Of a DNA stretch of 64,000 bases, positions 60,351-64,000 are shown piece after piece. Origin of the DNA: Patescibacteria group bacterium (GTDB taxonomy: Bacteria; Patescibacteriota; Microgenomatia; 0-14-0-10-38-17); assembly GCA_050953885.1 (NCBI GenBank), contig JBMNNJ010000001.1, positions 207,437-271,436 on the forward strand, in the 5' to 3' direction. A model generated the notes under the pieces. The model searched no databases. It was not told the origin of the DNA and was given only the letters and a program-made list of their open reading frames with translations. The stretch's first letter is position 1, and each line of letters begins with the position of its first letter. The position numbers and the translations under genes are program-made.

Positions 60351-60752
60351 TTGAAAATGAAAGTTGAAAAAGCGGAAGATGTCCGGCTTTTGGCGGAAAA
60401 AATTATTCTTTCCCTTAACTTTTCCCATATTAAAAAAGAGCGCCTTTTTTTCTACCGCAGTTTTTCCTCCAAAACTCGCGCCTTAGCTCGTATCTGGTCT
60501 TTTCCCTCCCTTTGGCAAGAAGCCCTTAATTTGCCCTCGTACTATATTATTGAGGTGGTTAGCGAAAAGTTTGATAAACTTGATCCCGAACAACAAGCCA
60601 AGGTTTTAATTCACGAACTGCTTCACATCCCCAAAACTTTTTCCGGCGCTCTCCTGCCGCACCGCACCGGCACTTTTAAACTTAGCCAGAGAACGGTTAA
60701 TAAGATGTATCAAGAATACAAAAATAAAGAGAAAGATAAAATTGATACTTAA
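60351..60752 (+). CDS. HExxH (HELLH) putative metallopeptidase-like protein (SprT/DUF45-like)
   Basis: LIHELLHIP zinc-binding motif. Starts 10 bp after the preceding small ORF. Confidence 0.4.
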   Translation: MKMKVEKAEDVRLLAEKIILSLNFSHIKKERLFFYRSFSSKTRALARIWSFPSLWQEALNLPSYYIIEVVSEKFDKLDPEQQAKVLIHELLHIPKTFSGALLPHRTGTFKLSQRTVNKMYQEYKNKEKDKIDT

Positions 60753-60779
60753 AAGCGAATTTTTTCTGTCCGTCTGGCA

Positions 60780-61259
60780 AAAAAATCTCAAATTCCTATT
60801 TAATTCAAAATTTAAAAGTCAATCCGCCAGCTGGCGGATCAAAATTGCAAGTTAAAATTAAAAAGTAATGCAAAAAACTTTTAACTTTTGTCCGCCAGCG
60901 GGCGGATTCGTCAGAATGACAACCACGATTAGCGTCATTCTGAACTTGATTCAGAATCGTCTTAAGGAATGATTCTGACTTTCGTCAGAATGACACTTTC
61001 GTCAGGATGACAACAGCCGTGCCGTCATTCCGGACTTGATCCGGAATCGGTGTTATTGTCAGAAACGCAGATTCTGACTTTCGTCAGAATGACGGTTACG
61101 GGACGGTTACAGGAATAATTTTGTCCGCCAGCTGGCGAATTTAGTTTTGAGTTTTAACATGTAATTTTTAGTTTTGCGATTTAACATTTGAGTTTATTTA
61201 TTGTTTTTAAATTTTGATTTAGGCTTTGATATTTGATATTTGCGTTTTGATTTACCCTT
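60780..61259. repeat. composite repeat array (CCGCCAGCTGGCGG palindromes, AAAGT tract, hairpin cluster, half of the family G palindromic element)
   Basis: Same modules as the other arrays. Confidence 0.8.
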
Positions 61260-61943
61260 ATGCTTACCATCATCCACGGCGAAAATGTGGTTGCCAGCCG
61301 CAATTATCTTTTAAGCCAAATTGACCAATTTAAAAAAAAGGGCCAGGAGGTGCTTTTTTTAGACGAGAAAAACTTTACCCCCGAAAATTTAGTGGCCGCT
61401 TTGGAAAAAGATCTTTTTGGCCAGCAAAAAGTCGTTGTTTTTGAATCGTTTTCCCACCTTAAACCAAACCCAAAAAAAGAAGCGACAGAAATTATCAAGC
61501 AACACCCGGAAGGAATACTTTTTCTTTGGGAGGCAAAAACCCTCCCCGCTTCTTTTTTTAAGCCTTTCCCCAAAGGCCAGGCGCGTCTTTTTAAGCCTAG
61601 CCCTATTCTTTTTCAATTCTTGGATGCCCTTTCGCCAAAAAATAAACAAAAGACTATTTTCCTTTTAGGCCAAGCTCTTAAAAAAGAAGAAACAGGTTTG
61701 GTTTTTTATTTTCTTACGCGACGAATAAGCGATTTAATTTTAATCAAAGAAAACCATGAAGAAAAAGTTTCCGCCCGACAGGCTTGGCAAAAAGAAAAAT
61801 TAAAAAAACAGGCGCAGGATTTTTCTCAAGAAAAACTCACCGATTTTCTTTGCCAACTTATTTGGCTTGATTATCAGCAAAAAAGCGGCCAGCTTTCCTA
61901 TCCTTTCGAATTTGGCCTTGAACTTTTGCTGGCAAAAATGTAA
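61260..61943 (+). CDS. holA: DNA polymerase III delta subunit (HolA-like, short form)
   Basis: N-terminal IIHGEN...L pattern typical of delta N-domain. 227 aa. Moderate support. Confidence 0.5.
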   Translation: MLTIIHGENVVASRNYLLSQIDQFKKKGQEVLFLDEKNFTPENLVAALEKDLFGQQKVVVFESFSHLKPNPKKEATEIIKQHPEGILFLWEAKTLPASFFKPFPKGQARLFKPSPILFQFLDALSPKNKQKTIFLLGQALKKEETGLVFYFLTRRISDLILIKENHEEKVSARQAWQKEKLKKQAQDFSQEKLTDFLCQLIWLDYQQKSGQLSYPFEFGLELLLAKM

Positions 61944-62255
61944 ACTAATAATTAAATTGGTATATTGTTAAACTGTTAAATTGCTATATTGCTTAAAGAC
62001 GCGAATGAGCGAGGAGTACCATTCTGACATAAACGTCATTCTGAACTTGATTCAGAATCTGCTTTGGGGATAAAGGACAGATCCTGACTTTCGTCAGGAT
62101 GACGGTTTCGTCAGAGCCTGTCCTGAATTTAATTCAGGAATGACGATTTCGTCAGGATGACGGTTTAAATTAATTTCTTAATTTTCAGCGAGCCTTGCGA
62201 GCAAATTTCTTTTAAAATTTCAATTTAACAGTTTAGCAATTTAGCAATAAATTTC

Positions 62256-63626
62256 GTGGTTGATCCCAACATTTTCTCCGCTTATGACCTGCGGGGAGTG
62301 GTGCCTCAGCAGTGGGACGAAAACGATGCCTACAATTTAGGTCGCGCTTTTGGCACTTTTTTTAAAAAAAGAGGAGTTAACGACTGTTATTTAGGCCGCG
62401 ATAACCGCCTCACCTCTCCTTTAATTGCCAAAAAAATAAGCCAAGGCCTGCGGGAAAGTGGCGTTGAGGTGATTAATTTGGGCATCATTATTACCCCGAT
62501 GATTTATTTTTCCTGGCACCACTTTAAGGCGCCGGCCACCATTATGGTTACCGCCAGCCATAACCCGCCGGAATATAACGGCCTCAAGGCAAGCCTTAAC
62601 CAAAAACCAATTTTTGAAAAAGATTTAGAAGAAGTAAAGAAAATTTTTCTTGAGAAAAAATTTTCCTCCGGGCAGGCAAGCGAGAAAAAAAGAGAAATCG
62701 CCCCCGCCTATATTAATTATCTTCAAGAAAATATTAAAATCACCAAAAACTTTAAGGTGGCCATTGACACCGGCAACGGCGCCGCCGGCCTTTTTACCGA
62801 AAAAATCTTTAAAAACGAGGGTTGTCAGGTGACTTCCCTTTTTGCCGAATCCGATGGTTCCTTCCCCAACCATCAACCCTATCCCCAGAAAACCGAATTT
62901 TATACCGCCTTAATCGGGGAACTTAAAAAGGGCGGCGATGATTTAGGCTTAGCTTTTGACGGCGACGGCGACCGTTTGGGTGTTTATGATTCGAGCGGCC
63001 AATTTATCGAAAACGACCTTTTAGCCGGCATTTTTGCCCGTGATATTTGCGAAAAAAATCCGGGGGCAAAAATTGTTCTTAATGTTTCGACCACCATGGT
63101 GGTTTTGGAGGCAATCGAAAAAGCCGGCGGTCAACCTTTGCTTTGGAAAACCGGCTATCCCAACATTTCCCAAAAAATGAAAGAAGCGGGAGCTCTTTTT
63201 GGCGGCGAGATAAGCGGTCATTTTTTCTTTGCCGACCGTTATTTTGGCTTTGACGACGCCGTTTACGCCACTTTAAGACTTTTGGAGTTAATCGAAGAGA
63301 AGGGGAGCCTGGAAAAATTAAAAGAAGGCTTCTCCCATTATTATCAAATCCCCGAATTTCGCTTAAGTTTACCAGCGGGGAAAAATAAATACGAATTAAT
63401 AGAAAAAATCGGTCAGTCAATTGAAAAAAATTATCCCCAAGCCGAGATTTTAACCATTGACGGCGTTCGTTTTTCTTTCCCAAACGGCTGGGGGTTAATT
63501 CGCGCTTCAAACACCGAACCGCTTCTCTCCGGCCGCGCCGAGGGAAAAACTCCCCAAGAATTGGAAAAAATCCGCGCCATTATTAATGAAGAGCTGGCAA
63601 GGGTAGGGGTAGGGGGGAGAATATGA
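62256..63626 (+). CDS. phosphoglucomutase/phosphomannomutase (phosphohexomutase family)
   Basis: Active-site TASHNPPEYNG, metal-binding DGDGDR, sugar-binding GEISGH. Confidence 0.85.
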   Translation: MVDPNIFSAYDLRGVVPQQWDENDAYNLGRAFGTFFKKRGVNDCYLGRDNRLTSPLIAKKISQGLRESGVEVINLGIIITPMIYFSWHHFKAPATIMVTASHNPPEYNGLKASLNQKPIFEKDLEEVKKIFLEKKFSSGQASEKKREIAPAYINYLQENIKITKNFKVAIDTGNGAAGLFTEKIFKNEGCQVTSLFAESDGSFPNHQPYPQKTEFYTALIGELKKGGDDLGLAFDGDGDRLGVYDSSGQFIENDLLAGIFARDICEKNPGAKIVLNVSTTMVVLEAIEKAGGQPLLWKTGYPNISQKMKEAGALFGGEISGHFFFADRYFGFDDAVYATLRLLELIEEKGSLEKLKEGFSHYYQIPEFRLSLPAGKNKYELIEKIGQSIEKNYPQAEILTIDGVRFSFPNGWGLIRASNTEPLLSGRAEGKTPQELEKIRAIINEELARVGVGGRI

Positions 63627-64000
63627 AAAACAATATTATTCTAAAAGCAGAGGTGAGCATCTTGCGGATAATTCAAGCTTAAGTTGAAAAAACTCAAAAT
63701 TCAAATCGCAAAACTCAAAACTAAAACTCAAAACTCAAATCTGGAAAAACATTTTTAAACTTTAAAAAGTTTTAACATTTGCCATGTAGTCCTGCCTTGC
63801 CGGCAGGCAGGTTTGCCATTTGCGTTTTGAGTTTTGAGATTATTTTTCGTGTTTATTCGTTTTACATTCGCGTCAATTCGTGTCTTTAAACGATGAAACA
63901 ACACAGTTTTTATACTTAATACATCATACTTAACTTAATACTATATACTATTTTTCCCATGCCTATCTCTCCTTATTCCCAAAAAATAAACAAGCCCTGG

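Overview
The window is an AT-rich, gene-dense bacterial fragment from what looks like a small-genome, possibly CPR/Patescibacteria-like organism (inferred from gene content and compactness). Features in order: (1) a compact dcw/peptidoglycan cluster, murE(partial)-murC-murB-murA-murF-mraY-murD-ftsW-murG-(ftsQ-like)-ftsA-ftsZ, at 1-14.2 kb; (2) a large secreted lipase-like protein convergent on ftsZ; (3) a surface-glycan module at 16.7-22 kb (SAM-MTase, GT4, PaaX-like regulator, GT2) in which the PaaX-like gene is bracketed by two identical 55-bp boxes that carry a perfect 36-bp palindrome; (4) three minus-strand tRNAs (Thr-CGU, Gly-CCC, Asp-GUC) and a 2xLysM protein; (5) PolX, LemA, HtpX, ClpB; (6) a DUF1704/MATCAP-like HExxxH peptidase split by one in-frame TAA; (7) an accessory island at about 34.4-43.3 kb with DEAD-box helicase, GNAT, secreted SNase nuclease, GNAT, an AT-rich orphan gene, and a tight mazG-like / radC(JAB) / DUF2075 nuclease-helicase (Nhi-like) operon, my best candidate for a new defence-type system, with each gene delimited by one recurring about 45-60 bp repeat; (8) a Cas4-like Fe-S PD-(D/E)xK nuclease plus tRNA-binding protein, and gatC-gatA-(MFS)-gatB; (9) dnaE, rplS, yraN, an M29 aminopeptidase, zwf; (10) tRNA-Glu followed by two tandem 139-bp partial copies of its 3' end; (11) holA-like and a phosphohexomutase. 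Nearly all longer intergenic space is filled by at least seven modular repeat families, including REP/BIME-like hairpin arrays whose arms show compensatory changes, with no transposase/RAYT, integrase, Cas or reverse-transcriptase gene anywhere in the window.
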